Assembly: GCF_006345805.1 (NCBI RefSeq)
Contig: NC_043008.1
Location: forward strand, 1,922,001-1,986,000
Length of the DNA: 64,000 bases
Reading direction: 5' to 3'
DNA from: Octopus sinensis
Lineage: Eukaryota
In this document: in pieces, positions 27,056-40,300 of the stretch
Numbering within the stretch: the first letter of the stretch is position 1
Layout of the letters: each line of letters opens with the position of its first letter
The notes under the pieces: model-generated
What the model was told of the DNA's origin: nothing
Databases searched by the model: none
What the model saw: the letters and a program-made list of their open reading frames with translations, nothing else
Made by a program: the position numbers and the translations under genes

Positions 27056-28301
27056 TCTGGCATGTGGTCAGATGAAGACGATACAGAGGATTGTTAAGTG
27101 ACCAAATGGGGAACGAGAAAACGGGAGAAAAAGCAGTGAGCTTTACCACTTCCGAAACCAAAACACCCGCAGAAAACATCCACAGATACGATATTCACAC
27201 AATATGTATTTAAAATGCAATACTAAAATCTATCCTTCCCAGAGTCTCAAAATATCTTATATTAGAAAGAGTGTAGCAAATATCCAGAGAGAACATATTT
27301 AACATTGTGTTTGAGTGGGAGCCACGTATTTAACAATACGTCAGTTTTGATTGAAGTTAGGTTGACAAAGGTTAACAAACCTAGGAAACCTTAAGAAAGC
27401 TATATTTGAATGTGAGTTAACCTATGACATTTCTTAATGCTCTGCCAGACCAAAGTAATAGACTATTGAAAAAGTAGCATATTTTTACATAACTTCTTAT
27501 TGAACTGTGTAAATTAGCACCAGTGAAAGCAAAAACGCTATGCGAATAGAAAAACGAAAGCAAAGAAGTAGAGGTTAAGAGCAAAAAAGTATCAGTTAAG
27601 AAGAAAGATATATAGAGAGATAGAGAGAAACAAAAGTAATTTCATAAATATGAAATACAAGAGAAAATAGAGAATGAAATGAATAAGAATATAATTAGCA
27701 AATTTTAGAAATAGAAAGAGAAATCGTAAAAGAGAAGAACTGACTTAAATGTTGAGGAGTGTGAACAGCTTCTGGCCTCAAAGGATTTTGATGTGAATTT
27801 ATTTACTTCTAGACTTGACGATTTCATGGTAACAAAGGAGGGGAAATACCTAAGCAAGAAAATACACAGAGAACAAACTGTGTATCACAAGCATTATTTC
27901 AGAACTAGTTTAAATAGTAACAACATGAATTTAGGTATTTAGGCTTTCGGGACTATTTGTAAACTACTCTAAAAATACTGGCATCTTTGACGATGTAAAC
28001 CCGAATAAACATACATTTTAAAGGATATAAAGAGCATGAAGGGTTCTGAGCCTGGAAACATAAAGGTAATATTTTTACAATTCACTGCAGACAGAAATCT
28101 CAATGACATTTCATTACTGCGTTCTTTCTTCAAGTCAGTCTTTCTCTGTCTCAGCCTACGTAACCCCAACCCCTTATATCAAATAATGTATAATAAGAGT
28201 TCAGAATCTGTTAACAACTTCGCCTATGATTCAGGCATGAAGTTTATATCTTCTTGCTCAAATACTGTTACATATAATTTTATCGTATTAACTTATACAT
28301 A

Positions 28302-28394
<93 letters not shown>

Positions 28395-28556
28395 TATATA
28401 TAATATATATATATGTATATATATATATGCGTAGATATATATGCAGATAACTATATATACAACTATGTATACATATGTGGATATATATATATATATATAT
28501 GTAGGTATATGCACATATATACATAACTATATATACAACTATGTATACAGATGTTA

Positions 28557-28605
<49 letters not shown>

Positions 28606-28825
28606 GGGGAATAATAAAACAAGCGGACAGACAGGACACAAAATATCAACAGGAGGACTTGGTGCATGCAAAGCATTTGAAGACGGTTTGGGAAGGAATA
28701 AAAGTCTGTTTTACGTTTAGGGCAAAGCACGTCGTCAGGAATATAATACAAGAGGAAAGGATGACGGAAGAATAGTCCAAGGGAAAAGAAAGACAGAGGG
28801 AAAATATTGCTAACGATGCACATCT
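28606..28825 (-). mobile_element. Decayed relative of 17001-17142 with a broken hammerhead
   Basis: Minus strand CTGACGA-C-GTGC-TTT-GCCC-TAAAC-GTA at 28706-28742; same layout next to a (TA)n tract; G12 and helices mutated. Confidence 0.45.
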
Positions 28826-29061
28826 TGTTACATGTATGTTTATACATATATATATATATATATGTGTGTGTGTATGTATGTGGATAAATAGCTGCATTAC
28901 ATGCATGACGATCTCTATAATTGTTTTGTTATAACTGCATCAAAATTATGCAACAAACTTTACCCAAGTGTATATCTGTGTCTGTATATATATGTATGTA
29001 TCTACATCTATCTATCTATCAATCTGCCAGACTGCCTGTGTCTGTCTATTTATCTATTTTA

Positions 29062-29096
<35 letters not shown>

Positions 29097-29221
29097 ATAT
29101 CTATCTAACTATCTATCTATATATCTATCATCTATCTCTCTGTCTCTCTATCTCTCTCTCTCTCTCTATAAATATATATATATATTATATATATATATAT
29201 TATATATATATATATATATAT

Positions 29222-29258
<37 letters not shown>

Positions 29259-29843
29259 CAATCAGCAGCCGCATATTTAAGTAAACGTTGACTTGCAATC
29301 GTGTGTAGATGTGTTGTTTGTTAATACTGTTACAGCTGCTCTATGGAGCTACTGAAATTTATCTCTGCAAATCTTCTAGTTCGCTGGTAGATGTATAATG
29401 GACACACAGGAGTTGCAAAGAGGATTATCTCTCAGTAATTGCCAATTAAACTTGTGGTCATGATTTAAATCAGTAATCAATTATCCTGTCCAGCATTACA
29501 TTTTCGAAGAATTACTCTGAGAAGATGTCTTTGGAATAATTGAATGCAGGCGGCATATTTGAAACCCAAGTGTTCTTTATTCGACTATTAGACAAAAGAT
29601 GGAGAGAAGAGGGAAGGAATTAATAACCCTTACAATGACATGTCTTCCTATAATAGTCGTTCCAAATGCATATAACAAACCGAACTCTGTTAAGTTATAA
29701 AATGGAATATGCGCATTATAGCGGTCAAACAAAGCAGCATATATATTAAGGATTCGTTTTGTATGCGTGTGTATAAATACCTATCTGTGCATGTGTCTGC
29801 GTGTATACATATGTATATATATATATATATATATAATATATAT

Positions 29844-29886
<43 letters not shown>

Positions 29887-29889
<3 letters not shown>

Positions 29890-30286
29890 ATCAAACTCCA
29901 CTGGACTTCCTGTTCGATCTTCCTCTTCAATGCTACAATCTCCACTTCTGAATTTTGCAAACAATCTTCTGCAAGTTCTTTAATTCAAGGATTCTTTCCC
30001 AGAAATTGAGCGCATGTTTCACGCGGGTTCGACTTCAGAATTTCCTTTTTGTACTCATGAATCATTATATGGCTTAAATGCTCATTCGATACTTCCATGG
30101 TAGCAAGGGTTTTACTCAAAGAAATTTAAATTCTATTATTCTGTAAAATAATTGGTAAAAAATTAGTTTCAATGTACACAAATGCATAAAAATAACTTTC
30201 AATTCCATTAAACATTCTAAAATACTATTATATTTCATTCAATTTTAAAATAGGTAAAATCGGACAGAATTTATGGGATGACCTGA
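29887..30286 (-). mobile_element. 5' fragment of a mariner element (TIR plus transposase N-terminus)
   Basis: TIR-like TCAGGTCATCCCATAAATTCTGTCCGA from 30286; ATG at 30098 gives MEVSNEHLSHIMIHEYKK...RTCRRLFAKFRSGDCSIEEEDRTGSPVEFDE; truncated in a (TA)n tract. Confidence 0.85.
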
Positions 30287-30672
30287 CACATATATATATG
30301 TGTGTGTGTTTGTATATATATATATATATATATATACCAGCGTGTGTATAGTCATACTCAACTGACTGGCAGCAAAGTTTGACCCAGACTTCAGTGAATT
30401 TCTATCAACGATTTAATTTTAATTAAGACTCAGGCTATTCTTAATTTTCAATTGGTTCGTTTGATTGCGTTGTAGCTAGATTATCCCAAGCACGATATCT
30501 TCACCTGGGTGTGATCCTAATCGTATTCCTGTACAAGGCAGCATCTCACTGGGGTTCAAATAATTTTTTACCTTGCGATATTTTCCAACCTTTACTAACG
30601 CTCTTTCTCTTAGAATGTTACTGGTGAAACATTCAAAGTTTTATCTTTAAATGTTTTCATGGACAAATGTAC

Positions 30673-30757
30673 GTATGTATGTATGTATGTATGTATGTAT
30701 GTATGTATGTATGTATGTATGTATGTATGTATGTATGTATGTATGTATGTATGTATG
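30673..30757. repeat. (TATG)n microsatellite
   Basis: Direct reading. Confidence 0.97.
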
Positions 30758-30867
30758 TGTGCCTGTATGTATGTATATATGTATGTATGTATATATGTAT
30801 ATATGTATGCGTGTATGTATGTACGTATATATGTATGTATGAACGTATATATATATATATATATATA

Positions 30868-31996
30868 TATATAAGAAAAAAGGTTTGAAAATGCAATTTA
30901 AACGATGTTTATTTACTTAACCGGTTTCACTCTTTGGTAAAAGATTGTCAAAAGTTACATTTAAGGAAACATTGAATAATATGGGTTCAAAAAAAGTTTT
31001 TTACATAATTGTCACATTGAATATTATGCATTCAGAAAAGTTTTTACATAATTGTCACATTGGATATTATGAATTCAAAAATGTTTTTTTATACATAATT
31101 GTCACATTACATGCATAAATATAGTGTTTGGTAACAGAGAAGTTCAATAGTGTGATGAGAATATTTGGGAAAATTTGGCAGAAAAGGATAAAACAAATAT
31201 ATTATTGGGAATTGGTTGCGTTAATTATTGGTTGTCGCAAATTGTCACATTACATGTATATATATACAATCTTTGGTATATATATACAGCCTTTTGACAG
31301 CAAAAATTAAAATGGATTTTTTATACATCTCAGAATATTTTAAGTACAAGGCGAGAATATGTTTTTACTGACCTGTCGGTATTAGCAGAAAGGCTGAACT
31401 GAGAGAACAGAGGAAGTAGCCAATGTGGTGTATACTTCCCCTTTATGCATGAATGATTTTGGGGTTATCAGGAGGTTAGTATGCGGGTGTGAATAGATGT
31501 GTCCGTGCCCGCTGGTCAGATAACGTCTGTTTGTCACACACATATATACACACACACACACACCTGTCAAAAGGCTGTATATATATACCAAAGATTGTAT
31601 ATATATACATGTAATGTGACAATTTGCGACAAACCAATAATTAACGCAACCAATTCCCAATAATATATTTGTTTTATCCTTTTCTGCCAAATTTTCCCAA
31701 ATATTCTCATCACACTATTGAACTTCTCTGTTACCAAACACTATATTTATACATGTAATGTGACAATTATGTATAAAAAAACATTTTTGAATTCATAATA
31801 TCCAATGTGACAATTATGTAAAAACTTTTCTGAATGCATAATATTCAATGTGACAATTATGTAAAAACTTTTTTTGAACCCATATTATTCAATGTTTCCT
31901 TAAATGTAACTTTTGACAATCTTTTACCAAAGAGTGAAACCGGTTAAGTAAATAAACATCGTTTAAATTGCATTTTCAAACCTTTTTTCTTATATA
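30868..31996. repeat. Long inverted repeat: 433-bp arms (30868-31300, 31564-31996), 263-bp spacer
   Basis: By-eye comparison finds one substitution and two single-base homopolymer indels between arms. Confidence 0.95.
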
Positions 31997-32026
31997 ATCC
32001 CACTCGTGCGATACCCCACAACTCAA

Positions 32027-32104
<78 letters not shown>

Positions 32105-32204
32105 TATGTATGTATGCATCTACCTATGTATTCATGTATGCATGAATGTATGCATTTATGAATTAGTGTATGTATGTACGCATATACGTAACTATCTTAT
32201 GCAT

Positions 32205-32375
32205 GTTTCAGTCATTAGAATGTGGTCATGCTCGCTCGCCACCTTCTATCATGTTCAGTCGGAAGAATGGACCCTAGTAGTTACATTTTATGAAACCTGG
32301 CAATCATACTATCGGTTCCTTTTACAGAGCTTTTAAGTTAAGGGACTCAGACGCACCAACACACCATTATCAAAC
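32205..32375 (-). mobile_element. Old 3' fragment of SINE family B
   Basis: Diverged match to 17295-17460 (TGTTTCAGTCATT...GTGGTCATGCT, CTATCGGTT, TAAGTTAAGGGAC...CACCAACAC). Confidence 0.55.
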
Positions 32376-32447
32376 ATGAACGCGCAAAAATGCATGCATC
32401 CATGCATACATGTACACACACACACAGACGCACTCAGACACATCTGC

Positions 32448-32504
<57 letters not shown>

Positions 32505-32511
32505 TATATAT

Positions 32512-32542
<31 letters not shown>

Positions 32543-34324
32543 TATAGTTTAAGAATAGACACTGTCATACAATTTAACTCATCTTTGTTAAAGTCTGAAG
32601 TGTACTTGATCACAATATAAAGCACCTGAGAATGCGAACAATCACTGTGGTTACTGATGACACACATAATATATAAAAAAATTAGAAGCACACATTTCAG
32701 ATTTCTGCTGTCTAATGATATTCTGAGTTACATATTTAAGTAGTCTCAGGACGGAAGCGAGGAGAGAAATATGAGATTAAATCATGTTAGCTAATGTATA
32801 ATAATTCGTACGTTATATGCAGATATGAAGAGACAATAGCTATCACACGGTAGCTCATGAGATAATAAAAAATGTAGAAGTCATTACGTTATACGAAGCA
32901 GTAGCAGTAAAAGATATATAATGTCATGTGACTCATGAATTATATATCTACTCATTATCTCATCATACAAATTTGGTTATATTATAATATTGGAAACAAT
33001 AACAAACAACAACATATATAAACTGAATTTTGCACAACTGATATTATTTTGCTTGTGAAATTATTAATTCAGTTTCTTTACAGCATCAGAACTGCCAGTA
33101 AGTCTGATTCTTCTCAAGTTTAAAGAATTGTATTTAATAGTGAATATCATGCTATTCAAATGCAATCACAAACCAAAACTTGAATAGTAGTTCCATGACT
33201 GTACAAGCCTTCAGCATTTCCGTTATATGCTTCTTTATGTTTTAGTTATATTCTTGGCTTTTGGCTTTGAAAGGTCTAATACAGAGGAATATTTCTATGC
33301 GAAAGAAAGTGATAAACAAATATACAGTCTGCGGCTGCAATTCTGGTTTTTCAACAATGATGTTCAGGTTTGCTTTCACGTAGCTTCAGACAAATTTACT
33401 ATGGAAAAGAAAGGGACAAGTCGGCAATAGTTCTATGATAGCCAGCATTTCTTTCGCTATTGGTTTGAACATCATGAAAGCATGAATGCATCCAAAGTAT
33501 TCCTGTTATTACATCTATATGTTTTAGTAGTGTGATTGATATTGCGTGTTGTTTTTGTTTTTTTATGATGTGTGCGTTGTTACTTTGCGTATGAATATGT
33601 GTAACTTGTGTTCGCTTGTGCGTGCCTCTGACTGCGCCTCAGTGTGTCAGCGCTTTCTCTATCTATGCGCAAGATTTATTTTACATATACATTATTGATT
33701 TTTGACTGTCATTATTTAGTATGCATACATACGCATATGGACACATGTACACACTCACACACACACACATATTTCAAGTGAAAATATGCGCGGGGAAGCA
33801 CTTACATCATGGTGTATACTCATGATATCACGGTTCAGAAACCTATACATATATGCACGCAATGCCACCAACGCTCGACCCAGACACACACATATATGTA
33901 TACATATGGCTTTAGAGTATGTCTGAATATGTGTGCATATGTGTAGAACCTGTTCGTGCACGCGCAATATAACGACAGAGGAGGTGATTCTAAGCAGTTA
34001 AACTTAAGTATATTTAACTTATTTTTAACATGAACATATGCCACCAGCTGTTACACAGAATAATTAGAAGTGAGAGCATTAGAAAATCATTGTATATTGA
34101 GCTGACAACTGTCACATCGCTCAGAGTATAAGTTACGCATTCACTTCTAATCCAAATTTTCAAAAATGTATCGATGTCATTCTACAAAGCAGAATATTTA
34201 TGATGTTATTTAAATTTGCAAGTCAATATCATTTTTTATATTTAGTGGTTAAAATTGAACTTTTAAAATAGTGTGTTCAATATCTTTTAAATATATAGTT
34301 ATATACATATATAAACATTAAATA

Positions 34325-34355
<31 letters not shown>

Positions 34356-36886
34356 GGGAGAGAGAGAGAGAGTGTGTGTGTGTAAGGTCGTACTTTTGTG
34401 GTATAAGTGCACAAATATTGAAAATTATATTTAACTCTGTGTAAAAAGTACGGATAGATTAAACTTACAAATTATGCCACTGGGTTCATACATGAAGTAG
34501 CGTGAAGAACTGGGTGAATTATGATATCTACATTAGAAATTCTACTAATCTGAGGTATTTAGTTAAACTACGCAGTTTTTCTTTCCAACCAGGTAGTCTG
34601 ACTTACAAATGAAGTATTCATTTGCATTAAATCTGCTGCCATTCATATAGATTCGTTTCACTGCTATCTTTTGAGTGTCCTTTAACCAATAACGACAAGT
34701 TGCATATTAAGAAAAGTTGTGGCTGCATCAAAGTTTTCTTGTTGTCTTACAAAATTCTTACAGTATCAGACAAATCTTTGTCCCTCGCTATGGCATTGTT
34801 AGAGTTACCATTCGTTGTCATCATATTCGTTTCTTCCCAATCATTCTCCCGATATATCCCTATTATTGATCAGCTTTAACTGAACGAGTTCTGTAATGTC
34901 TGTTACGCGTTGTCATGTTTGTAGAAAGAAATGTACATGTGTGTGTGTGTGTGTATGTGTGTGTGTGTATATGTGTGTATGTGTGTGTGTGTGTGTTTAC
35001 GTGTGTGTGTGAGTGTGCAAGTGCTACAGTATATACGCATGAAAATATATATGTACATGCGTATATACAGTGTAGAATATGCCTTAATAAAAACTACGTT
35101 AATGTTGTGGTAATACGTAACAAGGCTCAGACACTGTTATCATTTCCCCTTTATCCTTAGAATCGTCACCCTCACAACACCATTACCATTATCGTCATCA
35201 TCAGCAGGAGCATTAGCACTTGATACGTTTACAAAATTAGTAAAGAATACTTTCTCCGCCACAACCGCTAATTTTTTTCTTAAAATTTATAATTATTTCC
35301 TAAAAGAAAAAATTACTTTCCATGGCGGTGTGCATGGCTCAGTCATTGTTTTAAAGTTACGTCAGTTTGATAAAATTGTGCAGCGATAGACATAGGATCC
35401 AATTTAAATCTGATTGATAATGCTTATTGAGCTTGTCCAAGAGAGGAATTATACGATGATGTGGCACCGTTTACCGTTTATTTAGACGTTACGATGTAAT
35501 TTAAGAAAGATTTGGCTGCTATTTCTTTCTAGTTGAGAAATCATGTAAAGATTCGTGTGTATTGTTCTCATAAAGTGAAAAAGTTGCAATTTCCGTTCGG
35601 AGCCGACCGATTCGTTGAAGATACCAAATATTAAATGATTGCAATATCTTCTTTGTAATAAAAAAAAATAAATAAAATGAATGCATTTTTTTTTCTTTTT
35701 CAACATGCAAAACTACATCAGAACCAAATCTTTTCGGAAATGATCAAGTGAAACTTTCATAAACCCAAAGATGAAGGAGAACATTTTAAAAGATCGGCTT
35801 ACATATATATATATATAACTTATTATTTTTATTTTTAAGTGGAACAACACGTGTGACGTCAACGCACTCAATACTTAAAGTAGGATGGATGGATCTATTA
35901 ATAACACAATTGTATTTAGATAGATGAATGATTTCTTAGAAATGGGTACACTTGAAGGAACAAGTGCAGGGTATTATGTAGATATGCAGTAGTTAATTAT
36001 AGTGGTGGCCTATGAATCCGTTGGTCAGTACATGAAATAGATAAAGCTGACGTAAGCAAAATTGAATAGTATTAGCGAAGAATATTTACTGATAATCGTT
36101 TCCACACAGAAGGAGGAATAAAGAAAGCGTCAACAGAGAACGGTTTCGACTGCTACTAAACATAGAATTGTAGTTGCGTCTGTCAGTGAATGATGACAAA
36201 TACAAAACTGCTGGAAATTTGACAGGATTGAGTGGGTGTAAAAGGTGTAGGAAAGAAAGCTCTAGAAAACTATAAAACATTTTATGTTGACGTTTTTATA
36301 AAATAAGAAATGAATAATTGCCAGTTGATAAATAAATAAATTAATGAACGAAGAAAATGTTCTTAATTTGCTTATAATTATTACTAGACTCATCAGCTTC
36401 ATTTTGTTTGTCATTATCTCCATCCTTTTTCTCATCTTCATCGACATGATGGTCGCTGTTCCTCCCCATCATCATCAGTGACAACCAGTCAGAGTAATTG
36501 AGACGATTGATTGAGAATAACTGTGTAAATTCAATTTAATGAAAAATGAGGTTAATGAGTATTTGGTTTAATGAATAAAAAAAAAAACTTTTATAACTTG
36601 AATGAGGGATAAATAATGAATAAATGGAAGCAGATAATTGAATATATAAATGAGATTATGAACAAATTTCGGGAATATGAGTTTTTTCACGACCATATAA
36701 TAATCGGTGTTATTTTCGTCATCATCATCATTATGGAAATTTTACCAAAATTGGATTCTAAACAACTTTGTAGCATTAAAGTTATTCAAACCTAGGTTAA
36801 TATTGTGGAAATGTTTAAATATAGCTTAACCACAACTATATTCCTTACGCATCTCCACAGCACCATCACCATCACAACGCCATCGT

Positions 36887-36966
36887 TTTCTTCTTCTTCT
36901 TCTTCTTCTTCTTCTTCTTCTTCTTCTTCTTTCTTCTTCTTCTTCTCCTCCTCCTCCTCCTCCTCC
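36887..36966. repeat. (TCT)n/(TCC)n array
   Basis: Direct reading. Confidence 0.95.
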
Positions 36967-37211
36967 TTCTGTTCTTCTTCCTCAAAACCACCTATTTGAT
37001 AATTGTTCTATCTTTGATCACGATTAACTACAAAAATACAATAACATTGAAATATATCGCTTAATTAAAATATGTAAATGATATAAAATCGTACCAGGAG
37101 AAATTGATTTTACGTTAATGATCTGAAACAAATACAATATTTCAAACTTAAAACTTTCAAGGAAATTACGGATGAAATGTGAATTACGATCTGCATTTCT
37201 GTTTGTTTGCC

Positions 37212-37346
37212 GATTAATCAGCCGAAATTACTACGATGATCCGGTTCTTGACTGAAGACTGAGGGTTTCGAATGTCTTGTCCATGTTTATTGTACCGTCT
37301 TCTAAGAGTTATACGTTCTTGTCCATGTTGTATTTTTCTACATACC

Positions 37347-37350
<4 letters not shown>
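37212..37350. repeat. Second, truncated copy of the 15707-15845 repeat end
   Basis: GATTAATCAGCC...GAAATTACTACGATGATCCGGTTCTTGACTGAAGACTGAGGGTTTCGAATGTC... shared, same orientation, both followed by (TA)n. Confidence 0.9.
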
Positions 37351-37388
<38 letters not shown>

Positions 37389-40300
37389 ATATACACACAC
37401 AATATGATAAGGAAATATGAATGTCCTACGTGTACAGTTCACAATAAAGGAACTTTCTTACCAATGTTACGCAGTATAAATAAATTCGATGGAGCACTTT
37501 GTAAAGGCATATCTCTATAAATTATGAATATTGTTACAATTAGTATAACTTTATATGGATTGGCGCCAGCGCATTAACTTCGGGCAGGATAACATGATTC
37601 TTTTTCCTTGTGTATTCAATTTTCTCTTTCGTAGACTTTGAGATTAGACTTAATTCTTGGCGTCATTTAATATTACACGTCGCTACCTTGTTGGATTTTG
37701 TAGAGTCCATGTTTTCACATGTATCTTTCAGGCATTTCTGTTTAATGAAGATTGCCTACCACTATACTTGGACTTTTTGTAATTATGTTGAGCACTAGCC
37801 TCTCCCTTCTCAGCATCGCTATTTAGAAATTAAACAGCCGGTAGATATTGGATAATAGGTAAAATTATTTTAGGCTATGAAAACCGAACGATTAAACAAG
37901 GAATATTTATGTGTTTAAGCATTCAGCAGTGGCTATAGATGAAAATGTGCAGAAATGAAAAAGGTTATGTGGCAAGCTATGCAGTTTATATAGAAATAGA
38001 CTTGATTTAAATAACACATCTTAATTCAATATAGGACCATATATTCTTAGCATGTATCATATACTGAAAATGTATAACAAATATGACTGTAAATCATGTA
38101 TAATTCCCTTCTGTAACATGCAGCAAATTTGTAATAAAATATGAGGTCAATTTGAATGTAAAGTTGTCTTGAATGAAAGTCTTCTGTTAAGCAAAAAAAT
38201 CTAATTGATGCATTACAGGAGATCCTTATATTCGCCTGCGATGTTAACACAGCTATTGTTTGAAAGTCATGAACATATGGTCGAAGTAGCTTTGGAAGTC
38301 ACTAGTGTCAAAAAAGTTGGGACAAAAACATTTTTTTAGGAACTTAATTGGAATAGGATAGAAACACGTAATATATATTTAAAAACTAGAAAACTGAAAA
38401 AAAATATATCATTTTTTTCATTTATGATTCAGGTGACAACTATGAAAGGTGAAAAAAACACATTGTATATTCCCTCTAAAGAAAAGCTGATGCATTTATG
38501 TTATACGCAGCGAGGCCCGGTTGGAAAGTGAAATGTAAAAAGCGCATTATGCAGAAATGTAACGGAATAAACCAATCTGTTCCAAAAGCAAAATGCGAAA
38601 GAATGAAACGTATGCAAGACCGATTGGAATAACAAGAGAAATAACAATCATCAACGAGAACATTGAAAAAAATAAGGACAGATGACTTTCTGAATTAAAT
38701 GACCATAAGAAGAAGATAGCCATAACAAAATGGAGGATAAGAAAATTTAGTAGAATGAGTTAAAACTGATAAAAGAAGAAGAGATACGAAGGCGAGGAAA
38801 AGGAGTGATACGGAAGACATTTGCGGTGTGCTGGCTGTCATTATATTGTGAAAAATTCCTGATACCAAAAAGAATCCACGAAAATCAATGAAAAATCCAA
38901 GAAAATATAATTGCATTAGATACAAAATTGTCAAATTATATGTTTGCGTGATCCCAGCTTTTTGGTGCAGAGTATAGTGAAAATAATGTTTGCGTTCATA
39001 TCATTAAGTGCTGAAATTTGAAACCAATTTATAAATGTTGATAGGAAATAAAACACAAAACTAACATTGGAAGTTAGCTCGCAGAAATAGAGTTGACGAA
39101 AATATTGCACATTATAGCTATTTTGTACAATATTCTATATATGCAAGAAAACTAATTATGTGATATAACTCTGCACCTTAAAAATGAATACATTGACAGA
39201 AATATCTATATACGTAATCGGAGCATAGCTTCTAGATGTAATGATGTACATGCAAAATATTGCATCAATGCATTAAAAATACATTAAAACATGAAACTAA
39301 GGGAAACTAAGTACATAAACGCTGACACATTAGGACAATATAATCAAACGTTCACGCATATAAACACATACGCATTTATCAGTATGCATTATATATAAAT
39401 ATATATATTTTCATATATAATGCATACGTATATACATATATATGTGTATGTATGTATTTATGTATGTGTATGTGTTTTATGTATATGTCTTTATATATGG
39501 CCTATGAATCAGTTATGTATAGACGCAAACACAGACTAATATTCTTAGACAAAATTCTATGTGCTCCGATATTCCTAAATGTGAGTGCGTACCTTGACAA
39601 TATGAGTTGCAAAGACGCACAATTCGTTGCTCTGAAGCTTACCCATTACCAGTTAAGCGTGTAAACGAAACCAACAAACATATAATCCGTATGCACACAT
39701 TTAACGCTGCTGAAAATTGATTTGATAAAAGTAATACAGAAATGCTACTCTTTATTCCTCAATTGTTATTTAAAATAAATATTGAATCAATTTTGTTGCT
39801 TACTTATCTTTCTGCGTGTTAGTTTCCTTCATCAAAATACACTTGTCGTCTGTATATTATTTTTCACCCTCGTGCATTTATCTACTTGGCAGCGTCGAAA
39901 ATATATTCGGGCATGGCAACGAAAATAACTTAGTCACTTAGAGGACGTTGATAAAAATCAGGAATAAGATAAGGTGATGGAAATTAGTGGAAAGAATATA
40001 TGGAAGAGACAGATAAAGTCAACATTTAGTGAGAAAAATGTAATTAATATTTGTAGAAAAACAAGCAAATAATTTAACACTGATACTAAAAACAATATCT
40101 TATGTCTTACAAGTAGACATTTTTAACATTGACTCGATCGCGATTCTTATAATAGTGCTTCAATAGAGTGATTAATAATGTTTGTCCACGGGGTTAGTTA
40201 GACGATCGTTTACGCACTGAGTATTCTTCAAACGTTTATCAGTATATCAACGAGAAGTATTTGCCGTGCTTATTATAATTGCAATAAGTAGCGTCGTCAA

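Noticed and set aside
30868-31996. CRISPR-like reading of the spaced AATTGTCACATT or 29-bp repeats
   Set aside because: Spacers are related to each other or irregular, repeats are too short or few, there are no cas genes, and the context is eukaryotic.
33227-33430. ORF with signal-peptide-like start (MLLYVLVIFLAFG...)
   Set aside because: T-rich DNA readily gives such starts; no recognisable domain or linked exons.
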